A program made the translations under genes and the position numbers. A stretch of 64,000 nucleotides of DNA. It comes from a virus. Lineage: Duplodnaviria > Caudoviricetes. Below, piece after piece: positions 40,304 through 49,302 of the stretch. Positions within the stretch are counted from its first letter, which is position 1. Each line of letters starts with the position of its first letter. The DNA is taken from IMG/VR virus record IMGVR_UViG_3300020576_006124, positions 133,240 through 197,239 of that record; one strand, given 5' to 3'. Below the pieces are notes generated by a model. The model had not been told where the DNA came from and made no database searches. It saw only the letters and a list, made by a program, of their open reading frames with translations.

Positions 40304-40788
40304 ATACTTTCCATTAATCCTACGAAATCAGGATTTACTTTCTTCCTATTAATTTGGTAATCCTTCCGATCATTTTCACAATATAGACAAGAAAATGCTT
40401 CCGCAAAGGATTCTAGCCAGTTATTCTCTGAGTATTTAGTTGTTGATGTGGTAATGGTATTTAACTTATCCAAGTTCCAATGCAGGACATGTCCAAGCTC
40501 ATGCACAACTACCCATGGGGGTTCATCCCCCACCAAAACAACAGAGGGAATTTCATCTATCCTGCCACTGATGTAGTGGCAAGGGTAAACTGCGTGGCTT
40601 GTGGTTTTATAGGACCTCCCATCTTCAGTACCCTTAATATCATGAAGGTTAAATGAGGCTGGGTTAATCTCTTTCTCTACAATAAACCAGTGACAGTCTA
40701 AGTATTTATGGATGTTCTTAGGGATCTTTCGGAGGGCTTGGAAAATAGCTTCATTATTAATAAATGTTCCTGCGAAAGATTTGATCAT
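40300..40788 (-). CDS. Zincin-like metallopeptidase
   Basis: VVHELGHVLH...ESFAEAF. Confidence 0.7.
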   Translation of the reverse strand: MIKSFAGTFINNEAIFQALRKIPKNIHKYLDCHWFIVEKEINPASFNLHDIKGTEDGRSYKTTSHAVYPCHYISGRIDEIPSVVLVGDEPPWVVVHELGHVLHWNLDKLNTITTSTTKYSENNWLESFAEAFSCLYCENDRKDYQINRKKVNPDFVGLMESI

Positions 40789-40797
40789 TTTAGGATA

Positions 40798-41355
40798 CTA
40801 GTATACTACTTCAATAGACTCGACTAGATCAAGTTTATAATGCTTTTCTGTGCTCTGACCCTTTCTCCAGCCAGAAACAAATAGGAAGGGTTGGGTCTCA
40901 AGGAAGTGAGTTTTAGCATCTGACCACTCTTCTGTAAACGGTGCCCCCCTTTTCATGTAGGTAATCCTAGTAAGGGGAAGTCTAGGGAGATCTACCTCTT
41001 CTGGTAGAGCTTCCATGACCAATAGAACGCTAAAATCTGCATCGTATTCACAAGGAAGAGGTTTCACTTCTCCATCCTTATCCATAACATGAGTTGCCTT
41101 TGCACCCTCTGCCAATTGGATAGGGATGTATCCATCAGGAAGATTGTACTCTAAGGTGGTTGTTTTCTTCATCTTAGTGTTAATGTTCATAGGTTCTTGG
41201 GTTTCTTTTATAAGCCACCCTTTAAGAGATCTTGAATATAGACAGGGGAGTTCTTTTACAGACCCATCAAAGTCCCAAACATGGGTTGCCTGTTTTGGAT
41301 CTGATGTTAGAGTGTATCCTAAGGGAAAATGTTGCAGGAAGTTAAATGCGCTCAT
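40798..41355 (-). CDS. Hypothetical protein with internal repeat
   Basis: Two copies of P.GY...ATHV.D.DG.VK.LPC.Y. Confidence 0.65.
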   Translation of the reverse strand: MSAFNFLQHFPLGYTLTSDPKQATHVWDFDGSVKELPCLYSRSLKGWLIKETQEPMNINTKMKKTTTLEYNLPDGYIPIQLAEGAKATHVMDKDGEVKPLPCEYDADFSVLLVMEALPEEVDLPRLPLTRITYMKRGAPFTEEWSDAKTHFLETQPFLFVSGWRKGQSTEKHYKLDLVESIEVVY

Positions 41356-41628
41356 ATTGGTTTTATATATTTCTCTGGTGTGATGCTAGGAGGTAGAGGG
41401 TGGTCTGGGATAACGACATCTGGTGGTTGTGGAGAGGGTACTGGCTTGGAGGGGCAAAGTGCTCCGGGAATGCTTCATAGGGTGTCTGCCCAAGTAACTC
41501 CGCAACCTCTTTATGGACGAGGGAATAACAGACGCCTGGACCCGGGTTCCTTTGATGTAAAGTTGTGCGTACTGACTAGAGGGCCTAGATACCAGGTGCT
41601 TGTACTCCATAACTATGATTTTAGGCCA

Positions 41629-42102
41629 TTAAGACCCAACTCTCTCCTCTGTTCCTTCCCAGACAAACTCCTCTACAGGAAAATGCTTACCACAGCCTAT
41701 ACAGAAAGTATTTCCGTAGAAATTGGGGTTTCTTGCATATGTCTCAGCAATATCCTTACTCATCCCTGTAACTGCTCCACAGTTTACAGAATCAAGTTGT
41801 CTCTGAGTCCAAAATCTACCAACTAAACAAGAGTCTGAGTTCTTAGGATATTCCTCATAAAGAACATATTCGTATTTACCGTGCTCTTCTAGTTCTTCTG
41901 GGGTAAGTGGCCGAGTTTCATATGTAGGGGCTATGCCCACATGCACGTAGGTTTGTCTTAACGGTCTAACAAACCCCTTAGATCTCTCTTCCTCTGAGAG
42001 AACCAAATATCTCTCATACTGGCCGTTGGATTTTAAGGTGCCATTAGGGTTGCCCAGATCTACTGCAGCACCGTCAGTAGTAGCAATATTCTCAGTATCC
42101 AT
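41629..42102 (-). CDS. Phage hypothetical protein with Cys motif
   Basis: YLVLSEEERSKGFVRP...CGAVT...FCIGC. Confidence 0.7.
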   Translation of the reverse strand: MDTENIATTDGAAVDLGNPNGTLKSNGQYERYLVLSEEERSKGFVRPLRQTYVHVGIAPTYETRPLTPEELEEHGKYEYVLYEEYPKNSDSCLVGRFWTQRQLDSVNCGAVTGMSKDIAETYARNPNFYGNTFCIGCGKHFPVEEFVWEGTEERVGS

Positions 42103-42180
42103 TACTTTAATCCATTATACCCTCCACATATACCTTATGCGGTTATATAAAGAATTTCTGCTGAAAAAAAATAGAAAAAA

Positions 42181-42254
42181 CTTCTGAGGGAGTTTTATGC
42201 AGTTACTCCCCAGGCGAAATGATTAACCAGTGCGATCTCACCGCTGCAATACCC
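42181..42254 (-). ncRNA. Candidate small structured RNA/attenuator with pseudoknot
   Basis: Begins ~8 nt after a late motif; TGCAG/CTGCA, GGTGAGAT/ATTTCGCC and GGGAGT/ACTCCC pairings; ends in a T-run. Confidence 0.45.
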
Positions 42255-42277
42255 TATTATTATAGAGGTAAAAAACC

Positions 42278-42562
42278 TTACCAGTAATCTTCGTTCATCC
42301 AGCAGTCAGGATCATTGCAGTCTAAACACTCTACCCAAGAGAATTTATAGGATGGGTTAGTCTCCTTATATTTACGGGTGGGGGTTGTTTTAGAACCCCC
42401 AGGGTGTACGTTTTTAATAGAAAATCCTTTTATGTTCAGTAAAGCCCATACGATCCAATCTCTTCCACCAGGAACAGAAAGAACCTCATGAATCTCAAGA
42501 CCTTTATACTTACCAAAGTCTAATTTGTCTGTGGACAGATATTCTAGTTTAGGCTTACACAT
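42278..42562 (-). CDS. DUF3820-like small protein
   Basis: LDFGKYKG...WIVW. Confidence 0.6.
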   Translation of the reverse strand: MCKPKLEYLSTDKLDFGKYKGLEIHEVLSVPGGRDWIVWALLNIKGFSIKNVHPGGSKTTPTRKYKETNPSYKFSWVECLDCNDPDCWMNEDYW

Positions 42563-42569
42563 TTTTTTT

Positions 42570-42878
42570 TTATAAGACTCTTACTTTATAGGAGTTGTCA
42601 ACTAGAATTCTAGTAGAGATGTCAGAGTTCTTTGGCCTTATAACCAGCTCAGCAGAATCTTCTTCAAAGAACACAGTGATAGACGGATAATTTTCTTCTG
42701 AGGCCCATAGAGAAAGTAGTGGTAAATCAAATAGAATAAGTTTAAGAAAAGCCGAGTTTAGTGCCGTATTAAAATTCTGATCATAGTCTTCGTCAGAGTT
42801 TTCTTTATACCTCACAACAGCATTAATATATTCTTTCTCAGCATTCTTTAAAAGAATAGAAATTACCTTAGATAACAT
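42570..42878 (-). CDS. Hypothetical protein
   Basis: ATG 42878 lies downstream of an extended -10 (TGGTATAAT). Confidence 0.5.
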   Translation of the reverse strand: MLSKVISILLKNAEKEYINAVVRYKENSDEDYDQNFNTALNSAFLKLILFDLPLLSLWASEENYPSITVFFEEDSAELVIRPKNSDISTRILVDNSYKVRVL

Positions 42879-43217
42879 AGAGAGAAGTACATTATACCAT
42901 TTACTGAATGGACTGTGTAGTGGGGGAGGAAAAATAAACAAGGAAAAAAACTAGAAGTAAAAAGAACAATACAAGAAAATACATATGATAACACTTCTAT
43001 ATATATACCGGGGGGATGGAGTTTAAAAACCCCCAGGGTAGTACAGGGTATTTAATTTGTGCGTGAGAGATTTCCCTCGCTGCGCTCGGGGTTTGCCCTA
43101 ACCCCTATACTTGGGCATTGTCTTTCAGTTATACAGACCTAATTACCCTACTTCTCATGTTCCCTCGTTCGTTAGGCTTACGAGTTCTCACTCGCTCTCG
43201 CTCGTGAAGGAGCCTTA

Positions 43218-43520
43218 TTGACAGTTGGAGAAATACTGATGGAAATGATTAATGAGAATTACTGTGTAGCGAGAAGCACAACAGTCGGCGCGGCTTATGT
43301 CCGAACTGGACAAGAGATTTCTGGTGTGGAGTATGGATTTTCCCGTGGTCCGTTAGTGGTCCTTGACCGATTCAAGACGGGCAACAGGGTTACGTTAACA
43401 GTGGAAGTTTGCAACAGCAGGCATGAAGCTCCAGTACATCTGCACTTAAACGTATTTGATGAGGTGAAGGTCTTGTCTGGGCTGATCGTGTATCGCCCTG
43501 GTAAGTACCTCTACGACTGA
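43218..43520 (+). CDS. Early hypothetical protein
   Basis: RBS AAGGAG; first gene after the strand switch. Confidence 0.6.
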   Translation: MTVGEILMEMINENYCVARSTTVGAAYVRTGQEISGVEYGFSRGPLVVLDRFKTGNRVTLTVEVCNSRHEAPVHLHLNVFDEVKVLSGLIVYRPGKYLYD

Positions 43521-43572
43521 GATGGACGTCGAAACCCCCTTAATTGGGGGTCTGTAGTATGGAGAACTAACA

Positions 43573-43779
43573 ATGGCAAACATTACTTTTAACAAAGCAA
43601 CTCCAGGTCAACTGGAACAGACTAAGACGAGACTTCGTGTCATTCTTGGCAAGGACCTCGCAGAACAGTTCGAAATCCTATCTATCCAGGACTGGGGTGG
43701 GCAACCAATCGGAGTGTTCCTAGAGCACAAAGGCTTATGCCCCCTGCCAGTCTTCGTGGAACTAGGAGCGTACTTGTGA
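43573..43779 (+). CDS. Early hypothetical protein
   Basis: RBS GGAG. Confidence 0.65.
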   Translation: MANITFNKATPGQLEQTKTRLRVILGKDLAEQFEILSIQDWGGQPIGVFLEHKGLCPLPVFVELGAYL

Positions 43780-43830
43780 TATGAGGGTCACGTCAACAAT
43801 TTAATAGCGTTCGTAATAGGAGAAAAACCA

Positions 43831-44280
43831 ATGTTAATCGACAAAGAAAAGGCAATGATTAGCCTGATTATCATCAACATGCCGCTACTCAGTCAGCTGG
43901 TACTGAACACCGAAACCCTAGACAAAAGAGATGAAAGTGTTCTGAAACACGTGATTTGCATGGGTGAGACCCCAGAGGACAGGAAAAGGGGCCCCAACGA
44001 AATCCGGGCTCTCAGGAAACTAGTGAGGGAAGAGCGTTCCACCCTCCGAGAAACCATCATCTGGATCACCAGGCACTGCTGGGAAATTGCGAAAGAGTCT
44101 CTTGAAGACCTTGAGGGACTAACTAGTGAAGTACTTCAAGACCAGCTTCTTATGTACACCTTTGCAGACCTGATCCCAGATGAAGCTCTTTTGGAATTCT
44201 TCCTCAGAGAGTTGGAGATGTCCATCAACAACGAAGATGAGAGACTAGAAGAGTATTTCGCTCTGCTGCTGGAGCCATGA
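43831..44280 (+). CDS. Early acidic hypothetical protein
   Basis: RBS AGGAG; E-rich C-terminus. Confidence 0.7.
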   Translation: MLIDKEKAMISLIIINMPLLSQLVLNTETLDKRDESVLKHVICMGETPEDRKRGPNEIRALRKLVREERSTLRETIIWITRHCWEIAKESLEDLEGLTSEVLQDQLLMYTFADLIPDEALLEFFLRELEMSINNEDERLEEYFALLLEP

Positions 44281-44365
44281 CCTGATTACCCTTCAGTTAA
44301 TTTGAGACTTAACACTCTTGGGTTAACTGAGGGGTACGTTTAGGAGTCTTATTTGAGGTATCACT

Positions 44366-44650
44366 ATGACCAACACTACTGAAGAAACTCGCCGTTTGCA
44401 AGACCAATTCAAGGAGCTTGCCATGACCCATCTCAGGAGCATTCTTGGATCTCGTGCTGAAGAGTTTGACCCTGTGTACATATTCATGCAGTTACAGGAG
44501 GACCGAAGCCCTAGCTTCAGGTACATCAAGAATGATGACAAGTTCATCGAACTGACTTTCCACTCTCAGGATTCTTTCTTGAGACTGAATGGGAACCATA
44601 TCAGCCTTGGTGAACTTTGCCTTCGTATGGGGTGGACTGATGAGAACTAA
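44366..44650 (+). CDS. Early hypothetical protein
   Basis: RBS GAGGT. Confidence 0.65.
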   Translation: MTNTTEETRRLQDQFKELAMTHLRSILGSRAEEFDPVYIFMQLQEDRSPSFRYIKNDDKFIELTFHSQDSFLRLNGNHISLGELCLRMGWTDEN

Positions 44651-44719
44651 ACTTATCGGGCTACTCGCAGGAATAGCTACCTTCTTCGTCATCCTTCAGA
44701 TCATGGGGGAAGATGAGTA

Positions 44720-44917
44720 GTGGAAAAATCCTTACGTGTCGTCAGGCTTCTCGAACCTGAAATGTGTGATCAATGTAACCACGGAGGATTGGCTGTTATC
44801 ACCATCAGAGGTGAAAGGCAGGTTGTTATCAAGTGCAGAAGGCTTGACTGTGACAACTGGGATTACAGCCAAATCGAAGAGGGATCAGAAATGAAACCCC
44901 TTCTTGACAACAACTGA
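44720..44917 (+). CDS. Small Zn-finger-like protein
   Basis: CDQC...CRRLDC. Confidence 0.55.
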   Translation: MEKSLRVVRLLEPEMCDQCNHGGLAVITIRGERQVVIKCRRLDCDNWDYSQIEEGSEMKPLLDNN

Positions 44918-44940
44918 ATAGAGCGTTAGGAGAAACGATC

Positions 44941-45039
44941 ATGAAAACCAAAAAGCATCGTCATTACCGCGATCTCTCACCGAAAGCTAAGGCTAAGGTT
45001 CAGATTCGCAATGCCCGAAAAGAGAGGGGACGCTGGTGA
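44941..45039 (+). CDS. 32-aa highly basic peptide (not in ORF track)
   Basis: AGGAG RBS; MKTKKHRHYRDLSPKAKAKVQIRNARKERGRW; stop overlaps the next start. Confidence 0.55.
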   Translation: MKTKKHRHYRDLSPKAKAKVQIRNARKERGRW

Positions 45040-45227
45040 AACTCACTGAAGCTCTCGCAGGCCTAGTCACCATCATGTTTATGTGGGTTGTATACCTCTA
45101 CATGACTGACTCTCCCTGGATCACACCTGTATTGTTCTTAGCTACCCTTTCCGTATTCACTTACGGGTACATGAAGTACGAGAAATGGTGTGAGCCTGCT
45201 GAAAAGGAGGAACCCAAGCAGGAATGA
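45036..45227 (+). CDS. Small two-TM protein
   Basis: Two hydrophobic segments. Confidence 0.6.
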   Translation: MKLTEALAGLVTIMFMWVVYLYMTDSPWITPVLFLATLSVFTYGYMKYEKWCEPAEKEEPKQE

Positions 45228-45769
45228 GATACTATTCTGGAGTTGGCTCCAGAGAGTCCCCCCAGTACGTACTGGACCAGATAGCTGAGATCGCTGAGTT
45301 CTTGGCTAAGTATGGTTTTATGCTACGTTCTGGGGGAGCTTCAGGTGCTGACTCAGCATTTGAAAGAGGAGTTCGTAGGGCCAATGCTCCGAGTTGTATG
45401 ACCATCTATCTTCCCTGGCATGGAGCCTTCGGAAGAAGTGGTTCTTGCTACTCAGCTAAGTACTACGACTTAGACAAGAGTCCTGAGGCGGATATTGCCA
45501 AGGCTCATCATCCCGCATGGGGCACTCTGACTGACTCAGTCAAGAGACTTATGTGCAGGAACGTTAATATACTCGTAGGGGATAACATCGAAACATCTCC
45601 GAACTCTCAATTCGTCATATGCTGGACCAAGGATGGAAAAGCAAGTGGGGGTACAGGGCATACCATTAGAGTGGCAAACTCTCTTGGAATTCCTGTGTAC
45701 AACCTCAAACTGGAAGAGGACCGTGAAAGACTCATAGAACTTCTCAATCGCATCAAGGAGAATATCTGA
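45224..45769 (+). CDS. SLOG/DprA-like protein
   Basis: YSGVGSR, LRSGGASGADSAFE, SGGTGHT. Confidence 0.8.
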   Translation: MRYYSGVGSRESPQYVLDQIAEIAEFLAKYGFMLRSGGASGADSAFERGVRRANAPSCMTIYLPWHGAFGRSGSCYSAKYYDLDKSPEADIAKAHHPAWGTLTDSVKRLMCRNVNILVGDNIETSPNSQFVICWTKDGKASGGTGHTIRVANSLGIPVYNLKLEEDRERLIELLNRIKENI

Positions 45770-45771
45770 TT

Positions 45772-46023
45772 ATGGATAACAAAACTTACGGAATCATTGG
45801 CGGAGCAGCCGCCCTAGCCGCAGGCATCGGAGTCGCTGTTTACCGACGTTTCAAGAGGAAGAAGGTGGAGATCATCCAACCTCAAGTTCCTCAGTCAATC
45901 ATCGTGGCAGTGTCCAAGTCCAAGCCTGAAGAGATCAAAGTTGAAGCTGAGACTCCAACCCAGGCTCAGGAAACTCTTCCCACACAGGACGAGAAGAAGC
46001 CTGAAGAGACAGTCACCGCTTAA
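45772..46023 (+). CDS. Membrane-anchored hypothetical protein
   Basis: N-terminal TM segment plus acidic tail. Confidence 0.65.
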   Translation: MDNKTYGIIGGAAALAAGIGVAVYRRFKRKKVEIIQPQVPQSIIVAVSKSKPEEIKVEAETPTQAQETLPTQDEKKPEETVTA

Positions 46024-46279
46024 ACCCAAAACTAGGACGATTCTAGTGTTACTCGGGCTGGGCGGATCTCGGTACTGTACGTACCCTCGATCCGTTACAG
46101 ATCTTCGTACACTAGTTTCGTCCTTGTCTCGTTCTATTCTGGCCTTTCTTGGGCTAGGATCCTGATTTGACTGGAGTACATCAAAACTCTTGTCGTGTTC
46201 CCTCGTGTCATAGTACACTTGGGTTCCTTCTCTGTGTTCAGCAGATATTCTGAACAAATCTCACGTTAGGAAAACAATT

Positions 46280-46777
46280 ATGAGCAAAACAGCTAAAGAA
46301 GCAGCAAACGTCGTCAATGCCTTGACCCCTCAGATCGCTGAGTTCAAGAATACCTACATCACGTACTACGACCGTGGTATCGCAGACAAGCCTCGCAGGC
46401 TTCTGGTTGCACAGGGATCAGTTGAGTCTCTAAAGGAGATCAAGAAGTTCCGTGACAACAAGGATCAGGGCTGGGTCTATGCAGTACCTGGAGACCTTCT
46501 CACCGATGAGATTCGGGCTGTACTCATCTACAACCCCACATACGAGAAGGCCAACCGAAACCCTGAAGGGTCTACGTTCCACATGATGGTGAAGAATACC
46601 AGTGTACTGGTATGGATTCCCAGGATCGTGACTGAAAAGTCGCACCTGCTCCCCAACCATGTGCATTTCTTTGTACGTGACCCGAAGGAGCTTGAAGCTC
46701 TTCCATCACTGGAAGATGCTCTTGGATGCAACACCAGTTTCGTTGCAACCCAGGCCGAAGAGTACGTCCTGGCCTAA
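46280..46777 (+). CDS. Early hypothetical protein
   Basis: RBS AGGA; 165 aa. Confidence 0.7.
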   Translation: MSKTAKEAANVVNALTPQIAEFKNTYITYYDRGIADKPRRLLVAQGSVESLKEIKKFRDNKDQGWVYAVPGDLLTDEIRAVLIYNPTYEKANRNPEGSTFHMMVKNTSVLVWIPRIVTEKSHLLPNHVHFFVRDPKELEALPSLEDALGCNTSFVATQAEEYVLA

Positions 46778-46851
46778 GAGTCTCAGTTCACAATATGGGG
46801 TGTTGCTTGTGACAGCACCCCCACAACCATTAAGAGATCTCAAGAGAAACC

Positions 46852-47070
46852 ATGGAAGTCGCAAAGACTATATTCAAAATATTGTTCTGGGTAGTTGTCC
46901 TTGCATTGTTCATCATCCTAGTCGCATGCGGCTTCGATGTAAAGAAGATGAAAGGCATGTTCTCAGACAAGTGGAAGGATGGCTCCAGGCCCAGCACTGG
47001 GCAAATCGTAGACCAAGCAGCAGAGCAGGCTGAAGGGATGGGTAAAACCAAACAAACAGCAGATGCCTGA
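46852..47070 (+). CDS. Small membrane protein
   Basis: One TM segment. Confidence 0.6.
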   Translation: MEVAKTIFKILFWVVVLALFIILVACGFDVKKMKGMFSDKWKDGSRPSTGQIVDQAAEQAEGMGKTKQTADA

Positions 47071-47072
47071 AA

Positions 47073-47099
47073 GATGGGGAGCTAACGCTCCCCACTTTG
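47073..47099 (+). terminator. Putative terminator
   Basis: TGGGGAGC-TAAC-GCTCCCCA-CTTTG. Confidence 0.55.
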
Positions 47100-47789
47100 C
47101 TCACGACCTAACTACTTCCCTGTTAGTCTAAAGAGCACTAGTGAAACTAGAAACTTTAGTTACTAACGAGAGATAACATATACTACTGTAGGGTCACTTA
47201 CTGTCCTTTATAACTTTAGTTTTACCTTTAAGGATAAGTGATTACTGAATGATGTCCCATTATTCTTTTTATCAGTAGTACATATATTAGTTATCTCTTC
47301 TATGTATATATAATAGAAATTATTTTTCTTTACCTATATATACTAAATGTAGATACCCTTTTTCATTCATGACCTAACTACTTTTAAAGTGGTCTAAAAC
47401 ATGTTTGAACCTAATCATTAGGTGACCTAATGTCTTGTCTACTAGTTTTTCTCAAAACTTACCCAAAAATCACTGAAAAAAGCATTTTTTCTCTAGGGCT
47501 TTTTTTGTTTTTTGACCAAAATTTGACACTTTTATGTAGACATTTGTCTCAAAGCGTCTACTAGTTTTTATTAATATAACAGTTAGATTTAAGTGTAATG
47601 TGAAAAAATTCTACATTCTTTCAGTTACCTACAGATACCCTTATACATACATTTAGTGAGTATATAGGGGAATACTTTTTGAACTATACATATATACCTT
47701 TAAGTTCAAATTGAACCTACTTACTTAACCTTCAGTGAACGTGTAAGAACAAGTTATTTATTCCCTCAGGTTCACTTAACACTTATAAC

Positions 47790-47874
47790 TGAATGTGTAG
47801 ATGAGTAACTGAATATGTAAATGAGTAAATAAATATGTAAATGTGTAGATGAGTAAATATGTAAGTGAGTAATT
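47790..47874. repeat. Degenerate tandem repeat (ARATRWGT-like 8-mers in ~20-nt units)
   Basis: GAATGTGTAGATGAGTAACT GAATATGTAAATGAGTAAAT ... in a ~1-kb AT-rich gap. Confidence 0.7.
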
Positions 47875-48047
47875 ACAGGGTAATAGTATCTATAAGATCT
47901 ATTGTATCTGGATTACCTTCTTATATATATATTTCTCTTATGCTCTAATATTTTTCAATACTCTCTGAGTAATGGTATATTATTTTTACTGTCATATAAA
48001 TGTTGTTTTAGGGTTATGCATAGTCTGAACCAAGGAACAACAGCTTT

Positions 48048-48284
48048 ATGCCCACTATTAAAACAACTTCTCTCAAAGAGATTTTCTGGAATACGGTAGC
48101 AGATGCATTAAACTGTAAAGTATATAAAATTCATGAGGATAAGGATTCAGCAGAACTTTACCACCCCTTATGGGGGTACACCACTATCTCCGGTAGGGTT
48201 GCTGAAAAGCTGTTAAATACTTCATTAGAAGGGCTAAAGGAGAAAATAGGACTGTCTAAAGATAATGACCCTCAATCAAGATAA
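48048..48284 (+). CDS. Hypothetical protein
   Basis: RBS AAGGA. Confidence 0.55.
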   Translation: MPTIKTTSLKEIFWNTVADALNCKVYKIHEDKDSAELYHPLWGYTTISGRVAEKLLNTSLEGLKEKIGLSKDNDPQSR

Positions 48285-48296
48285 ACTTATAAACAT

Positions 48297-48599
48297 ATGT
48301 ATAAACTAGCTAGACCTGATTCATTCCTAATTGATCTTTACGATCAAAATAATAACGTAGTATACTTTAGATTTTCTATTAACCCTTCAGGGTCCTCTAT
48401 GTTTAGAGTAGAGAAAACCCCACAGAACAAGTTAATAGCTACCAGCGAGAGGATTAGTCTTATTAACTTCTGTCTTTATCATATACGAGACTCTCAGTAC
48501 CCTAAAAAGCATATATACACTGACTATCAATCAGATGAAAAATTCTACGTTGACCTTACTAAACTTTTAAGGTTATTGAGAAGCACATGTACAAACTGA
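48297..48599 (+). CDS. Hypothetical protein
   Basis: 100-aa ORF. Confidence 0.55.
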   Translation: MYKLARPDSFLIDLYDQNNNVVYFRFSINPSGSSMFRVEKTPQNKLIATSERISLINFCLYHIRDSQYPKKHIYTDYQSDEKFYVDLTKLLRLLRSTCTN

Positions 48600-48913
48600 G
48601 TGATTCAAAAAAGATCTACGTAGCTCGTAGAGATTGTACCGCCAAACAGATCCATGGTACCTATTATCCAATAGGAGATATTTACCCAGTTGAGGTAATT
48701 CGCGAAAAACATAAGGGTAGTTACGATTTTCTCAAATTTAAAAACTCAGAAAGAGATATAGATATAGTTTATAACAGTGTGTATGAATTATCCCATATTT
48801 ATTACAAAAATACTAAGTACCTCTTTGAAGCAGAAAAACCTATAGCCTTTAAGATTTTAAACTTTGAAGTACTCTCCAGAATAGGTAAATATATTACCCT
48901 TAAAGAAACCTGA
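48587..48913 (+). CDS. Hypothetical protein
   Basis: 108-aa ORF. Confidence 0.55.
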   Translation: MYKLSDSKKIYVARRDCTAKQIHGTYYPIGDIYPVEVIREKHKGSYDFLKFKNSERDIDIVYNSVYELSHIYYKNTKYLFEAEKPIAFKILNFEVLSRIGKYITLKET

Positions 48914-49224
48914 TTTTGGGGGTTTTGGGGTTTCTCCCAAGAAGACCCCAAGGGCAATCTTCTAAGCCCTGTAAATAACCTTCAAGCACGAAAGTGTCTG
49001 AAAAGGAACGTATTCTCCCTAGAGGGAGGGACTAGTGACGTAACTAAATAAAACCGTCACAAAGAGAAGGTTTTTCATTTTGTTATTCCTATACATAGGG
49101 GATACTCAGCGGAGTAGATCTTTTAATCATTCCCGAGTGTTACTTTACACGGTAGTGTGACGATCATAGTCAGTAGTAATATTGGCTTCCATTAGCAATT
49201 TCCATACTTTGAAAGTTTTGGGAT

Positions 49225-49302
49225 CGCGGGGTAGGGAAGCCTGGTCAACCCACTAGCCTCATAAGCTAGAGATCAGAGGTTCAAATCCTCTCCCCGTCCC
49301 CA
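49225..49302 (+). tRNA. tRNA-Met(CAT), initiator-like
   Basis: CGCGGGG 5' end with C1 mismatch; CTAGC-CTCATAA-GCTAG; GGTTCAAAT; CCA. Confidence 0.85.

Noticed and set aside
42181-42254. ZTP (pfl) riboswitch
   Set aside because: Contains ACTGG and CGCCTGGG, but spacing and stems do not fit the ZTP architecture.
47790-47874. CRISPR array
   Set aside because: Short degenerate tandem repeats with no unique spacers and no cas genes.
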